This document shows positions 40,028 to 49,987 of a stretch of DNA of 64,000 nucleotides, in pieces. Origin of the DNA: Patescibacteria group bacterium. GTDB lineage: Bacteria; Patescibacteriota; Microgenomatia; UBA10105; UBA927. Position 1 is the stretch's first letter. Every line of letters starts with the position of its first letter. A program made the translations under genes and the position numbers. The notes under the pieces are model-generated. The model had not been told where the DNA came from, did not search any database, and saw only the letters and a program-made list of their open reading frames with translations. The stretch lies in the NCBI GenBank assembly GCA_038062895.1, contig JBBTWJ010000005.1, positions 67,715-131,714 on the forward strand. Reading direction: 5' to 3'.

Positions 40028-40573
40028 TTAGGGTTGTGGGGTCCAGAGGCCGCGGGTGGCACCTTTTGCCCGCTCTTCGGCAGCTAGGAGTATAGAGAGA
40101 TATTTGGGTTTGATTTCACCCTTGATGAGCAACACTTTCGCCAAGCCGTCATCGACCAGTCGCTCATTGATCATGGTGTCCCCTATCCAGACGAACGCGA
40201 GTATCCGTCCGTATATATCGCGTGTTGGTCGATCAATCTCAATTCGTACCGTTTTTCCCTCGACGAGATCGCGGTTGGTTTTGTACGCGACCGTGCCCCA
40301 CTTTTCGTCATTTTCGGGTGCATCTATTGCGTGGTAACGAACGCGTTCGCCGGAAGAAATTTCAATTGTGTCGCCATCCAGCACCCTTACCACCTTATAA
40401 TATCCAGGTTGCGGCGTGGGTACGATTGCCTCTCGAGGAGTAGGCGTGAGTGAGGGGTATGATAAGGGAGATAGGGTTGATTCGGGAGATGAGGGGGTTG
40501 ATTTGCCTACGATCAGACCAAAGAGGAAGGTGGCAATGAGGAGAAAAAGTCCGATGGCAGAAAGTCGTTTCAT
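40028..40573 (-). CDS. Thermonuclease (SNase) family secreted nuclease, copy 1
   Basis: Signal anchor, PT linker, VLDGDTI, IDAPE, DIYGRIL, RGLW. Confidence 0.9.
   Translation of the reverse strand: MKRLSAIGLFLLIATFLFGLIVGKSTPSSPESTLSPLSYPSLTPTPREAIVPTPQPGYYKVVRVLDGDTIEISSGERVRYHAIDAPENDEKWGTVAYKTNRDLVEGKTVRIEIDRPTRDIYGRILAFVWIGDTMINERLVDDGLAKVLLIKGEIKPKYLSILLAAEERAKGATRGLWTPQP
40035..40108. repeat. 74-bp direct repeat (1 mismatch) with 41983-42056
   Basis: TGTGGGGTCCAGAGGCCGCGGGTGGCACC...GATATTTGGG at both thermonuclease 3' ends. Confidence 0.9.
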
Positions 40574-41337
40574 GCGGGTAAATCTTTTTGGAGCAGATCG
40601 TGTGTCAAACGGGGAAGCTCCGCAATAATTCTCCGTTGGGACCTAGGAAGGAACTTGGCGATATCCTGATACAATTCCTTTTCACGCCACGAAGCGACAG
40701 CGTCAAAAAGTATTTTTGGTTCAAATGCTTCATGATAAAACAGTAACTTTTTTTCGATAAGAGTTTTGGTCACGGGCGTACCCGTATGGAGTAAATACCA
40801 GAGATCGTATATATCCCTCCCCTTCCTGCGGTTGATGACGGCTCGGATTTTTTCCGCGAGAATTTCTTCTTTCGATACGGTATCGACCAGTGGGGTACCG
40901 GCAATAGGGAGCGATGTTTTTATGGCGGCAAGTTGCGGCGTAAGGACGTCTTCGCGCAGCGAGAAATCCAGCTTAATAGTGAGAGGCTGATGCGAGGCAA
41001 AACTCTGCAGGGAAATTTTGGCGCTTTGTCCAGCGATGGTTTTGACAGGCTTCATGGAAATATCCGGCATCTCAGCCTTGAGTAGTTGAATAGCTTTAGT
41101 TGCCTGTTCAATCGGATTGGTTTTTCCGTGTGTGACTGTAAAATCCAGGTCTTCTGAGAACCGATCGGATCCGTATGCGAGACGGATGGCTGTCCCCCCT
41201 TTGAAGAAAAAGGATTTTGGTTTAACGATCCGAAAAAATACATCCAGGAATCTGATTTGTACATATTCCCGTACGATGGTGTACGGGTCTATTTCCTGTT
41301 TATTGGCAAGAGCGATGGCCGTGGGTTCATCTATCAT
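40570..41337 (-). CDS. abiEii: AbiEii-type nucleotidyltransferase toxin, copy 2
   Basis: FKGGTA, RFSEDLDF, AEKI, RKGRDIYDL. Confidence 0.9.
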   Translation of the reverse strand: MIDEPTAIALANKQEIDPYTIVREYVQIRFLDVFFRIVKPKSFFFKGGTAIRLAYGSDRFSEDLDFTVTHGKTNPIEQATKAIQLLKAEMPDISMKPVKTIAGQSAKISLQSFASHQPLTIKLDFSLREDVLTPQLAAIKTSLPIAGTPLVDTVSKEEILAEKIRAVINRRKGRDIYDLWYLLHTGTPVTKTLIEKKLLFYHEAFEPKILFDAVASWREKELYQDIAKFLPRSQRRIIAELPRLTHDLLQKDLPA

Positions 41338-41924
41338 AGGATATGTTTTGACTTGAGGAATCGTTGAAATTGTCCGATGGGTGTTTGCCGGCAATACTGC
41401 CTGAATATTGTTGTGCGAGCCGCGGATAGGTCCATCTCATCAAGCGGATAGGATCGCAACCCCTTGGACATAAAATAGAGCGCGTCAAAAAGTGCTTTCT
41501 CCGGGGTGGCGATGAGATAATCCTCTACTTTCACAAAACCGAAATAGAGGTGAGGTGCGATGTGGGTATATTCAAACGACTTGTTTGTTTCGATCGTACG
41601 GCTTCGTGCGGTGGTCACCGAGGTGACCACGAAGGGAAACTGCGCAATGATGCTGTAGCGGGACAAGGCTGATTCGAGACTCACGTAGGACTGCCGGTAC
41701 AGAGCGTTAGCAAGCACAAAATCGTGGATCTTTGCGTCGAGCAACTGATAGGTCCCAGATCTGAGCCGTCGAAGAATATTCCCCTGCTCAAGACGTCTCA
41801 TGAGCTTATATGCCGTATTTTCATTGGGGACGTCAAGAAGTTGCTGGATGTCATGTTTTGAGAACAGCGATAATCCAGAGGATTGAAGGATACGGAACAC
41901 ATCGAATTTTTTTAACGATGCCAT
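41334..41924 (-). CDS. abiEi: AbiEi-type antitoxin, copy 2
   Basis: SYVSLESAL, ATPEKALFD; upstream TTGACA promoter with inverted repeat TTGGTA-N8-TACCAA (41927-41946). Confidence 0.88.
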   Translation of the reverse strand: MASLKKFDVFRILQSSGLSLFSKHDIQQLLDVPNENTAYKLMRRLEQGNILRRLRSGTYQLLDAKIHDFVLANALYRQSYVSLESALSRYSIIAQFPFVVTSVTTARSRTIETNKSFEYTHIAPHLYFGFVKVEDYLIATPEKALFDALYFMSKGLRSYPLDEMDLSAARTTIFRQYCRQTPIGQFQRFLKSKHIL

Positions 41925-41975
41925 AGTTGGTACTAATTTATACCAATATATACATCGTTGTCAAGGGGCAATATA

Positions 41976-42524
41976 TTATGGCTGTGGGGTCCAGAGGCCG
42001 CGGGTGGCACCTTTTGCCCGCTCTTCGGCAGCTTGGAGTATAGAGAGATATTTGGGCTTGGCCTCTTTTGCGACGAGAAACACTTTTGCAAGACCATCAT
42101 CCACTAGTCGTTCACTCACAAACACATCGTTAATCCATACGTGGGCAAGCGTTCGGCCATAGAAATCCCGGTCGGGATGATCCTCCTCAATGCGGACAAA
42201 TTTTCCCTCGACCAGATCGCGGTTGGTCTCGTAGGCTAGCGTCCCCCACTTTTCGTAGAGTTCCGGCGCATCAATGCCCATATACCGAATCCGTTTGCCG
42301 CCCTTGATTTCAATCGTGTCACCATCCAGGACGCGCGTGACGAGAGAGAGCCCCGTCGGCGTGGGGGTGGCAATGCTTTGCGCAGCGATCGTTGATGGTG
42401 TGGTGGATATAGGTGATTGGGTTAATTGATCCGATGGGAAGGTTGGCGAGGTTCGGCCGGCGGAGAAGCCCAGGAGAAATGCGGTCAGGAGAAGGAAGAT
42501 GCCAACAGCATGGATGCGCCTCAT
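41976..42524 (-). CDS. Thermonuclease (SNase) family secreted nuclease, copy 2
   Basis: VLDGDTI, GIDAPE, DFYGRTL, RGLW. Confidence 0.9.
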   Translation of the reverse strand: MRRIHAVGIFLLLTAFLLGFSAGRTSPTFPSDQLTQSPISTTPSTIAAQSIATPTPTGLSLVTRVLDGDTIEIKGGKRIRYMGIDAPELYEKWGTLAYETNRDLVEGKFVRIEEDHPDRDFYGRTLAHVWINDVFVSERLVDDGLAKVFLVAKEAKPKYLSILQAAEERAKGATRGLWTPQP

Positions 42525-42639
42525 ATTTATGTATGGTAACACGAGGAGTAGTTATGAGATATTTGGAGAGACTACGGGAAGGTAAGGGAACAAACGGGAG
42601 GTTGTGAGAGGTGTGGTATGATCGAAACGAAAAACGCAT

Positions 42640-43236
42640 ATGAAGCGAATGATGTATCGGATCTTCATTTCCCTCTTATTCCTTAGCGCATTACCCGCCA
42701 TGGGGGTGATTGCTATTTTTATTATGCTCATCGATGGCACCCCAGTCCTTTACCGACAGAAGCGGGTGGGATATAACGGCAAGCCATTTACGATGGTGAA
42801 GTTCCGGACGATGGTGCGGGGGGCGGATACGTTACAGAAAAAATACGCAAGGCGTAATGAGGCAGAATGGCCGGTGTTTAAAATCCGCAATGATCCGCGG
42901 TTTACCCGTATGGGGAGATTTTTGAGCCACACGGGATTGGATGAGCTTCCTCAATTAATAAATGTCCTTCATGGCGACATGGCACTCTTTGGTCCACGAC
43001 CGTTGCCCGTGGCAGAAGCAAAAAAACTCAAACCCTGGATGCAAAAACGTCACGCGATCAAACCCGGCATCATCAGCCCTTGGATATTTGAAGGCTATCA
43101 CGCCAAACCGTTTGATGAATGGATGGAAAGCGACATCGTCTATACACAGCAAAAATCAATATGGTTTGACCTCACGCTTTTAGGTAAGGCGGTAGTGTTT
43201 GTGGGAAAGCTATTGAGAAGAGAAGCGATGGATTGA
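42640..43236 (+). CDS. Priming sugar transferase (polyprenyl-phosphate glycosyl-1-phosphotransferase)
   Basis: KFRTM, NDPRFT, LDELPQL.NV, GPRP, KPGI. Confidence 0.92.
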   Translation: MKRMMYRIFISLLFLSALPAMGVIAIFIMLIDGTPVLYRQKRVGYNGKPFTMVKFRTMVRGADTLQKKYARRNEAEWPVFKIRNDPRFTRMGRFLSHTGLDELPQLINVLHGDMALFGPRPLPVAEAKKLKPWMQKRHAIKPGIISPWIFEGYHAKPFDEWMESDIVYTQQKSIWFDLTLLGKAVVFVGKLLRREAMD

Positions 43237-43327
43237 CGGGGATGTAAAAAATGTGTATTGTAGAATACAAATGAAGACGAGGAGGCTGATTGATTTTGGT
43301 ACCTTTTATAAAACGGCAGTATGAACC

Positions 43328-43349
43328 CCGCCCCGGCGGGGTATTTTTT
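43328..43349 (+). terminator. Repeated 22-bp hairpin+T-tract element, copy 1 (also 43862-43883, 44408-44429)
   Basis: CCGCCCCGGCGGGGTATTTTTT identical in three copies. Confidence 0.8.
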
Positions 43350-43393
43350 TTGGAAAAATTATACGAAATGAAAAATTGTAGTATACTTTACCC

Positions 43394-43681
43394 ATGGATA
43401 TACAGACGATTCGACTAAAAATAACCCCTTTATTGAAGCATTACCACGTGCGTAAGGCATCACTGTTCGGTTCTGCGGCGCGGGGCGAAGTACAGCCGGA
43501 TAGCGATCTGGATATCCTCGTTGAGATGCCCTCGACAAGCGGGCTCTTTGATTTCCTCGCGCTCCAGAGTGATTTAGAAGAACTTTTTGCTCGTTCGGTG
43601 GACCTGGTAGAGTTTGATGCGATACGAGAGCGACTGAAGCCGTATATTCTACACGATCAAACACCTATTTTTGCCGTATGA
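43394..43681 (+). CDS. Minimal nucleotidyltransferase (MNT) antitoxin
   Basis: LFGSAARG...SDLDILV, VDLV. Confidence 0.88.
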   Translation: MDIQTIRLKITPLLKHYHVRKASLFGSAARGEVQPDSDLDILVEMPSTSGLFDFLALQSDLEELFARSVDLVEFDAIRERLKPYILHDQTPIFAV

Positions 43682-43803
43682 AGAAAGACAACACGATCTA
43701 TCTTGATGACATGCTCGAGGCAATTAAAAAGATTCGTGATCTTCCGGAACTCAAAAAAGAGCTCACGGCGCTGCGCACTTTGGTAGAAAACCAGCGACGG
43801 TAA
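43678..43803 (+). pseudogene. Internally deleted HEPN (DUF86) toxin, 41 aa
   Basis: MKKDNTIYLDDMLEAIKKI joined directly to RDLPELKKEL; RxxxxH core missing; overlaps MNT stop. Confidence 0.75.
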
Positions 43804-43888
43804 TATAGTATGAAAATAAATCCAAGCATTTATAATTTTTTGCACGACGGAAAACAAACCTCCGCCCCGGCGGGGTATTTTTTTGGGT

Positions 43889-44128
43889 ATGAAAAAAATT
43901 TTCTACACTAAACACGCGGAGGAAATGCTTGCCGCGCGCGGCATTGACAGGAACGTGGTTGAATCGTGTCTTTTGCAACCGTCCAGGATTATACCGGCAA
44001 GAGATAATAATTTTGCCTACTTGAAAGATTTTCATACCAACATTCTCAAGGTGATCGTGGCAGAAGAAAAAGAAACGCTGGTAGTCATAACGGTCTATTG
44101 GATTGCAAAAGATCGGATGACCCAGTAA
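43889..44128 (+). CDS. DUF4258 family RelE-like toxin
   Basis: YTKHAEEM..RGI...VVITVY. Confidence 0.8.
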   Translation: MKKIFYTKHAEEMLAARGIDRNVVESCLLQPSRIIPARDNNFAYLKDFHTNILKVIVAEEKETLVVITVYWIAKDRMTQ

Positions 44129-44139
44129 ACTATGCTCAT

Positions 44140-44352
44140 ATGAACGTCACTTTTGACCCGAAAGCGGATGCCATGTATATCTATTTTTCTGACAAAAAGA
44201 GTACGAAAACGCTCGAGTTTCAAGATGATCTTCTCGTGGACTACGCTGGAGAGGAAATGGTCGGCATAGAAGTGCTCGATGTGTCACAAAAGGTTGCCAA
44301 GAAAGACATCACGTCGCTCACGTTGAGTATTCCAGCGGTATACGCATCATAA
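44140..44352 (+). CDS. DUF2283 family antitoxin
   Basis: FDPKADAMYIYF...VGIEVLD. Confidence 0.85.
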   Translation: MNVTFDPKADAMYIYFSDKKSTKTLEFQDDLLVDYAGEEMVGIEVLDVSQKVAKKDITSLTLSIPAVYAS

Positions 44353-44475
44353 ATTATGATCACTCATCCGGACATGTTTATTACATCTTGCAAAAAGGAA
44401 TAAATCCCCGCCCCGGCGGGGTATTTTTTGGAATAGTATTGACGGATGACGCATTTAGTGATACTATAGGTTTTT

Positions 44476-47286
44476 ATGATACCTGTTGATTCAGAAGTTC
44501 GCATTGGCTCTTGGCCACCAATTCCCATTGGTTCTATTCTTTCTGACGAGGTGTTGAATCCAATTACGTTTACAGACGCAGCGGCAATCATGGACCCTTT
44601 GGCGACAGCCATTGTTCCCTCTCGATTGGATAACCACAATTTGATTAAATCCCCAGACATAACATTCCTTAGTGTGGACAACATTCTTGCGTTGCCTAGC
44701 GTGAGAGAGCAAATTCAAAAAGCAGAAACCGTCATTCAGATAAACAAAGAATGGAGCGAGGCTTGGGGGAAAGATGGAATAAGCAGATGGAATCGCTGGG
44801 ATGGAACCGAATCATACACACAACCTATCATCGATCCAAACATTATCCAGATCGCCGTGGCAGAGATGGTCGGAAGACACCAGGCAGGCTATGCGTCAGA
44901 CGCAGAGACTGTAGATCATAACACCGTTGTCACTTTACACGCGAATTATGATGCCATACAGACGCAGATCGCAGAATTTGAAAATAAGCACCCCGATCCA
45001 GAGATGTGGTCCAATAGAGAAAGAATCCAACATGACAGACTGTTAAGAAATAGCGATAGAGCAGCCGTGGCGTGGGGGGAAGCGGATATCCAGCCTGAGC
45101 GCCGTATTCTAGAAAGTCAAACAGCAAAGCTTGGTGATTTATCCCGCGCAGCAGAACAGGCGGTTGCTGACGCTTCATGGTATAGCGACGGTATTAATCG
45201 AAGTGCTGACGGGTACCAGCACGTAGCCAAAGCCGGAGAGAGATCTGTTTTATTAAGCCATCAAAGTTTTAGTGCGATGGAAGCCATGCGATTAGGAGAA
45301 AAAGCTGATGAGGCGTTATCCGCGGTCGATACGCAGATAAAAGAGAATGCAAAGGATGAGAATAATGCGGGATGGGCCTACATGATGGCAGGATTACCGT
45401 GGGCCGGCATAGTTCTAAATAACAATTTACCTGCATGGAAAAGGGCGATATTTGGTGCTGGAGCATTTGCCACCGCTTTGTGGTCTTGTGTCCCTCTGGT
45501 TCCCGGTCAAGGCCCTAAACCGACCCCGACGGAGCCTTCTATGGGCTTGGTAAATGATGGATTTGTGATCGCTCCTGACATCCGCAGTCAGATCGTCCAG
45601 GCGGGAATCAATGTTGATGGGTGCCGGAAGGATGAACGATTCTTTGCCGATTTAGCGACAAATCATCCGGGCACGTTAGATCAGTTTAATACGCTTTCAC
45701 AGGTTGCCTACAAAGCATATGAAAAGTCAGGAACAGGCGCAGGTATCGGTGCGATCCAATGCGAGTTAAGCAAGGATGGCAAAAATGTGCTTGTCTATTA
45801 CACGACTCGCGATTGGAAGAAGATCCTTATTCCCACGCTGGAGGGGCTTCTCATTCCAGGAAGAAAGACTGATAGCGGGGCGCTGGAGGTCATCGATCAA
45901 CCATCTGCTACGCCGATTGTCCCGGACACGAGGGCGGTTCGCGTTCCTGATGCTATTCCTCCCGCAGGTGGAGCAATACCAGAGCTGTTGCGTGCTGGTG
46001 AGCCCGCAGAAGTAGCGAGATTGAAAGCGTCGTTGGTTAAATTTGGAATAAATCCGGACGACGTTAATATACAATTTTTTGACGATCCTACAGGATCCTA
46101 CCAGTGGGCGCACATCATAACAGCAAAAGATGGGTCCTATGTGGCGCTCCCCCATCTTACTAATGGGCAAATTGCTTCACGGCCGGATTTCACTTCATCA
46201 TACGGCGAAGTGAAATTTGATGGATGGACTAAAGTGCAGATCCCGAAGGGAGTTTCTGGTAATATCGTCGGAGTTTTTGTAGAGGGAAACGATTTACCTC
46301 AAGTACTTATCATAGATAAAACTCCGGGAGCAGATGGAAAGATGAAGGTGTTAGCCGTATTTGATCCGGTAAAATCAGAATGGAAGAAAGCAGATGGAGG
46401 CAGTCTAGTCCCACCAACTCCAACCCTTGCTCCTGTCCCCACCCTCGTGCCGATCTCGACGCCGGAGGTGCGGAATTGGGTGATAAACCCACCAAAGAAT
46501 TTTGCGGAGTGTTGTGCAAAATTTGATGAAAAAACAAATAATTTTGCAACGGTGAAGGCTAAAGAGCTTATGAAGACCTATCTCTCAACCCACGACTTGC
46601 AAGCTGATTTAGCAAAAGCAAAGCCTTATTATCGGGCCCCCGGTTTCTTTTCAGAAGCCGATGTAAATGACGAGGGGAGATTAGCGGATACAAATGTTGG
46701 TCGACTTCGCAGCGCGATTCATATTGGTACTTTTGCTGTGGATCTCCCTCACATGAATTTTGGAACAGAAAAAGATATCACGATTCATGCTGATGTCGGG
46801 GTGTATTTGCCTCAAGATAATCCGGATCCAGACAAACCCATAATTGCCGTTAAGCAGTTTTCATTTGTATATACGGGGTCAGGTAAAAAAATAGCATTTG
46901 GTATGGATTGGGTGTTGAAAGAGACCATCGTTGATGGGAAAACCGTGATGAACATTAACAGTGATAGGACAGCAGAGCCGATTGGTCAGGCCGTGAGCTT
47001 ATATGAGCTTGTCGCTTCGGCTGATGCTGGAATGTATGAAAGAGGTCTTGATCCGAAATACAAAAATGATTCGAGATATAGCCCAATCGCTGCAGTTGAA
47101 GGCAAGTCGCTCATGGATATATTTGATATGGTCGGTCCGGTCCAGCTTACGAAAGAAATGACCGATGCACAGGCCGCTGGCGGTAAGGAGGCAATAGCAA
47201 AATTGCTTGGTGAAAAGCTGGATAAGCGCAAAAGCATTTTGCTTCATGCTGTCATTATCAGAACTGTCCCCGGATCTAAATATTAA
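44476..47286 (+). CDS. Large hypothetical membrane/surface protein (936 aa)
   Basis: Long ORF; internal hydrophobic segment ending LWSC; PTPT linkers; upstream TTGACG...TACTAT promoter. Confidence 0.8.
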   Translation: MIPVDSEVRIGSWPPIPIGSILSDEVLNPITFTDAAAIMDPLATAIVPSRLDNHNLIKSPDITFLSVDNILALPSVREQIQKAETVIQINKEWSEAWGKDGISRWNRWDGTESYTQPIIDPNIIQIAVAEMVGRHQAGYASDAETVDHNTVVTLHANYDAIQTQIAEFENKHPDPEMWSNRERIQHDRLLRNSDRAAVAWGEADIQPERRILESQTAKLGDLSRAAEQAVADASWYSDGINRSADGYQHVAKAGERSVLLSHQSFSAMEAMRLGEKADEALSAVDTQIKENAKDENNAGWAYMMAGLPWAGIVLNNNLPAWKRAIFGAGAFATALWSCVPLVPGQGPKPTPTEPSMGLVNDGFVIAPDIRSQIVQAGINVDGCRKDERFFADLATNHPGTLDQFNTLSQVAYKAYEKSGTGAGIGAIQCELSKDGKNVLVYYTTRDWKKILIPTLEGLLIPGRKTDSGALEVIDQPSATPIVPDTRAVRVPDAIPPAGGAIPELLRAGEPAEVARLKASLVKFGINPDDVNIQFFDDPTGSYQWAHIITAKDGSYVALPHLTNGQIASRPDFTSSYGEVKFDGWTKVQIPKGVSGNIVGVFVEGNDLPQVLIIDKTPGADGKMKVLAVFDPVKSEWKKADGGSLVPPTPTLAPVPTLVPISTPEVRNWVINPPKNFAECCAKFDEKTNNFATVKAKELMKTYLSTHDLQADLAKAKPYYRAPGFFSEADVNDEGRLADTNVGRLRSAIHIGTFAVDLPHMNFGTEKDITIHADVGVYLPQDNPDPDKPIIAVKQFSFVYTGSGKKIAFGMDWVLKETIVDGKTVMNINSDRTAEPIGQAVSLYELVASADAGMYERGLDPKYKNDSRYSPIAAVEGKSLMDIFDMVGPVQLTKEMTDAQAAGGKEAIAKLLGEKLDKRKSILLHAVIIRTVPGSKY

Positions 47287-47380
47287 AGCACAGGTTATTA
47301 CTTCATAAGTAATCCTCTTCCGGTAATTCTCTTCCTCTCTTGTGTTTTTCTCCCAAACTTGTTCTAATGGTTGTAGAGAT

Positions 47381-47947
47381 ATGCCCACAAAAAAATTAGG
47401 CTTATTCCTTCTTGGTCTGCTTGCAATTAGTGTTCTTACTTTTGTTATTGTCGGGCTACGGAAACTTAGATCGCTTCCTCCTCCACGGCCCATCTTCGTA
47501 ACGGAGGCAGATCGGAATACCCCGACGAATCTTCTGGATAAGAAGCAGGATAGAAATTATGTAACCACGCTTTCCAAGTCTCCGAATATATTCCAGATCC
47601 AGGGGGTGATAAGCGGGATTACGAGTGGGTCATTTACTCTATGGTCGCAGAAAAATTATTCCGTCTCGACGAATGATAAAAGTGTGGTGGAGTGTCGGGA
47701 TAAGTTCATAAAGATGGCCGATGGAAGTTTAGCTCTGGCGTACTCTACGTTTCTGGACCTTTCTAAATATGTGGCAACACTTCAAACGAATAGAGATACG
47801 TTCCTTAAACAAGGGAAAATATTTCTGTATAAGGATGTATATAAGAAAATAGAGCCGGATACATGGGTGACGGGGGTTTTTCAGGAACAGGAAGAAAAAG
47901 AGAAGAAGTATCTATTGGATGTAGTACTCGTCTATGGGTGTAAATAG
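47381..47947 (+). CDS. Membrane-anchored hypothetical protein
   Basis: N-terminal TM (LGLFLLGLLAISVLTFVIVGL). Confidence 0.65.
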   Translation: MPTKKLGLFLLGLLAISVLTFVIVGLRKLRSLPPPRPIFVTEADRNTPTNLLDKKQDRNYVTTLSKSPNIFQIQGVISGITSGSFTLWSQKNYSVSTNDKSVVECRDKFIKMADGSLALAYSTFLDLSKYVATLQTNRDTFLKQGKIFLYKDVYKKIEPDTWVTGVFQEQEEKEKKYLLDVVLVYGCK

Positions 47948-49661
47948 TCCTATCAGAACCTTCATAGTGATGATAATAGGGTGTATTTTGGCATCGTTTT
48001 TTTTCGCGACAAGCGTATCGGCTCAAAATTTTTGTTCGGCTAACTGCGGGGAAACATCGACATCGTGTACGTCAGTAAATCAGGTATATTGTACGCAACA
48101 TCAAGCGTGGGTAATGTTTTATTGTAATGCCTATTCAGAGCCCGGGTGTGTAGATGGCGAGCGATTAGTGAACGTAGCTGATCCTGATTGCATCATAAGT
48201 CCTGCCCCTTGTGTCCAGGAAATATGTTGCACCTACTGCGTTCCCGGAGATTGCGGGACGGCGGCGCCGACGGCGTCACCCACGCCCGGCGCGACCGCCA
48301 CGCCGGGGCCGTCACCTACGCCAGGACCGACGAGCGGTGGGGTGCCTCCGCCATCAGGCACTCCCGCGCCGAGCTGCACCGAGGGAGGACCGTACATCAG
48401 CGCGTGGTCGGTGTGTTCCGGAAGTCCGGCCAAGCACAGTAGGACGGTGGGATATGATTGCTATACAGGCTATATAGAGACGGTAGACTGCACCGGCGCC
48501 ATCCAGGCAAAAGCCGTGCAGGTCTCGGCTGCCGATACATCTTGTGCTGCTGTGGCAGCCTCAACAAATGGCATAACCGGTACGAGTCATGCCTTCACCC
48601 CCGGGTCAGCGAGCCAACCCACGGCCCAGGTCCAGTCAGGAAATAATTACGTGTCCTTCTTCCCTGTCGTTGGCGGGAGCTACACCATCGCGTCTACAGC
48701 GCTAAGCGACTATACCTTGGCCCGTGCCTGCTGGAGCAGAGCGCTCAATGCCCCATTAAGCGGAGAAGCATTATCATCTACCCTCTCTGTTCCGACGGAT
48801 GGCGATACACTGACCTGGCGGTTGGGCTACACGTTCTCCGGTCCGTGGGTGCAAACCGGCGGGGGCGGGAATGTGTATGGGGCGGGGGCGGTGACGTCTC
48901 CGGTTTCGGCGCTTGCCGTTCCCAGATTATTCAGTGTGGATGGCAGCGGCGGGACGCCGGGACTGGTCACCTACGGCACGAGCTATGACTTCGACTCCAA
49001 TCCGCTCCTGACAGGGGAAACGTATGTCTCCTCCGCCAACTGGCTTGCTAATGATGCATACACGAACATAAATTACTATGACTTTTTTTACCGCAAGCTC
49101 GGGGGGATGACGATAGAAAATGCCACAGATGCCGTGGGGGCCGCGATAGACAAAGGTGCTATGACCAAACCCGCAACGGGCACCTATTACCTAAAAGGTC
49201 CGGTCACGACGAGCAGCATCGGTTGGGTGATGGGTGCAACAGAGAAGACCATTATCATCATAAATGAATCTACTCCAGGAGCGGGAGATGCAGGTCTGAC
49301 GATAGGAGGACCAATCACCATAACCGCGGGCGGATTTGTAGCATTCATCGTCAACGGAAATATCACGGTTGCCTCCTCCGTGGGTGGACTGTATACCTTG
49401 GACACACCAACCGTTGAAGGTGTTTACGTAACGAGCCCGACGGGGACCCTCGCCACATCGTTAGGAGCGATCGGCAAAGAGCGGCTCGTGGGGCAAGGGA
49501 TATTCGTAGCCGGCTCCTTCCTCCTTCAACGAGATCTGGTGAGTGTGGTCGCAAATACCACGACGGCTGCGGAATTATTTCTTTACAATCCCCGCCTGCT
49601 CATTAGTATGCCCGATTCGATGAAAGACGTACCAATAACTTGGGAGGAAGTAGCACCATAG
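47934..49661 (+). CDS. Secreted Cys-rich surface protein with PT linker and C-terminal beta domain ending ITWEEVAP
   Basis: Signal peptide, Cys-rich N-domain, TSP1-like SAWSVC, Gly/Thr-rich C-domain. Confidence 0.8.
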   Translation: MGVNSPIRTFIVMIIGCILASFFFATSVSAQNFCSANCGETSTSCTSVNQVYCTQHQAWVMFYCNAYSEPGCVDGERLVNVADPDCIISPAPCVQEICCTYCVPGDCGTAAPTASPTPGATATPGPSPTPGPTSGGVPPPSGTPAPSCTEGGPYISAWSVCSGSPAKHSRTVGYDCYTGYIETVDCTGAIQAKAVQVSAADTSCAAVAASTNGITGTSHAFTPGSASQPTAQVQSGNNYVSFFPVVGGSYTIASTALSDYTLARACWSRALNAPLSGEALSSTLSVPTDGDTLTWRLGYTFSGPWVQTGGGGNVYGAGAVTSPVSALAVPRLFSVDGSGGTPGLVTYGTSYDFDSNPLLTGETYVSSANWLANDAYTNINYYDFFYRKLGGMTIENATDAVGAAIDKGAMTKPATGTYYLKGPVTTSSIGWVMGATEKTIIIINESTPGAGDAGLTIGGPITITAGGFVAFIVNGNITVASSVGGLYTLDTPTVEGVYVTSPTGTLATSLGAIGKERLVGQGIFVAGSFLLQRDLVSVVANTTTAAELFLYNPRLLISMPDSMKDVPITWEEVAP

Positions 49662-49667
49662 TACCCC

Positions 49668-49827
49668 ATGTCCGACTCTCCCTCGACTGCGCTCGGGATG
49701 AAGCACATGCGGGATGTCCCGATTACATGGGAAGAGGTTGCGCCATAGTTTTCAATCACGTGGCCCGCCTTCGTCCCTCAACTAGGCTCGGGACTACGGA
49801 CGGGTGAAAGAAGAAGTGGCTCCGTAA
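49668..49827 (+). pseudogene. Two orphan copies of the 3' tail of the upstream gene with palindromic insertions
   Basis: 49668-49748 MSDS[PSTALGMKH]MRDVPITWEEVAP*; 49755-49827 ITW[46-bp insert]EEVAP*. Confidence 0.8.
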
Positions 49828-49987
49828 CATAAGAATGTACGGAGTAAACGCCGTAAAAGAAGGTACGAGAAGTACGAAAGGTACGGGAAGCCCGGCGGGT
49901 GAGCTAATCATTAAATACTGCCAATAGGAAGCGCTTGATTGTGGCTTAATTGTGATTTGTTCTGTGGGGAAGTACAATAGAAATGGC

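Noticed and set aside
43328-44429. CRISPR array from the 22-bp palindromic repeats
   Set aside because: Spacing of about 540 bp containing genes; no cas genes
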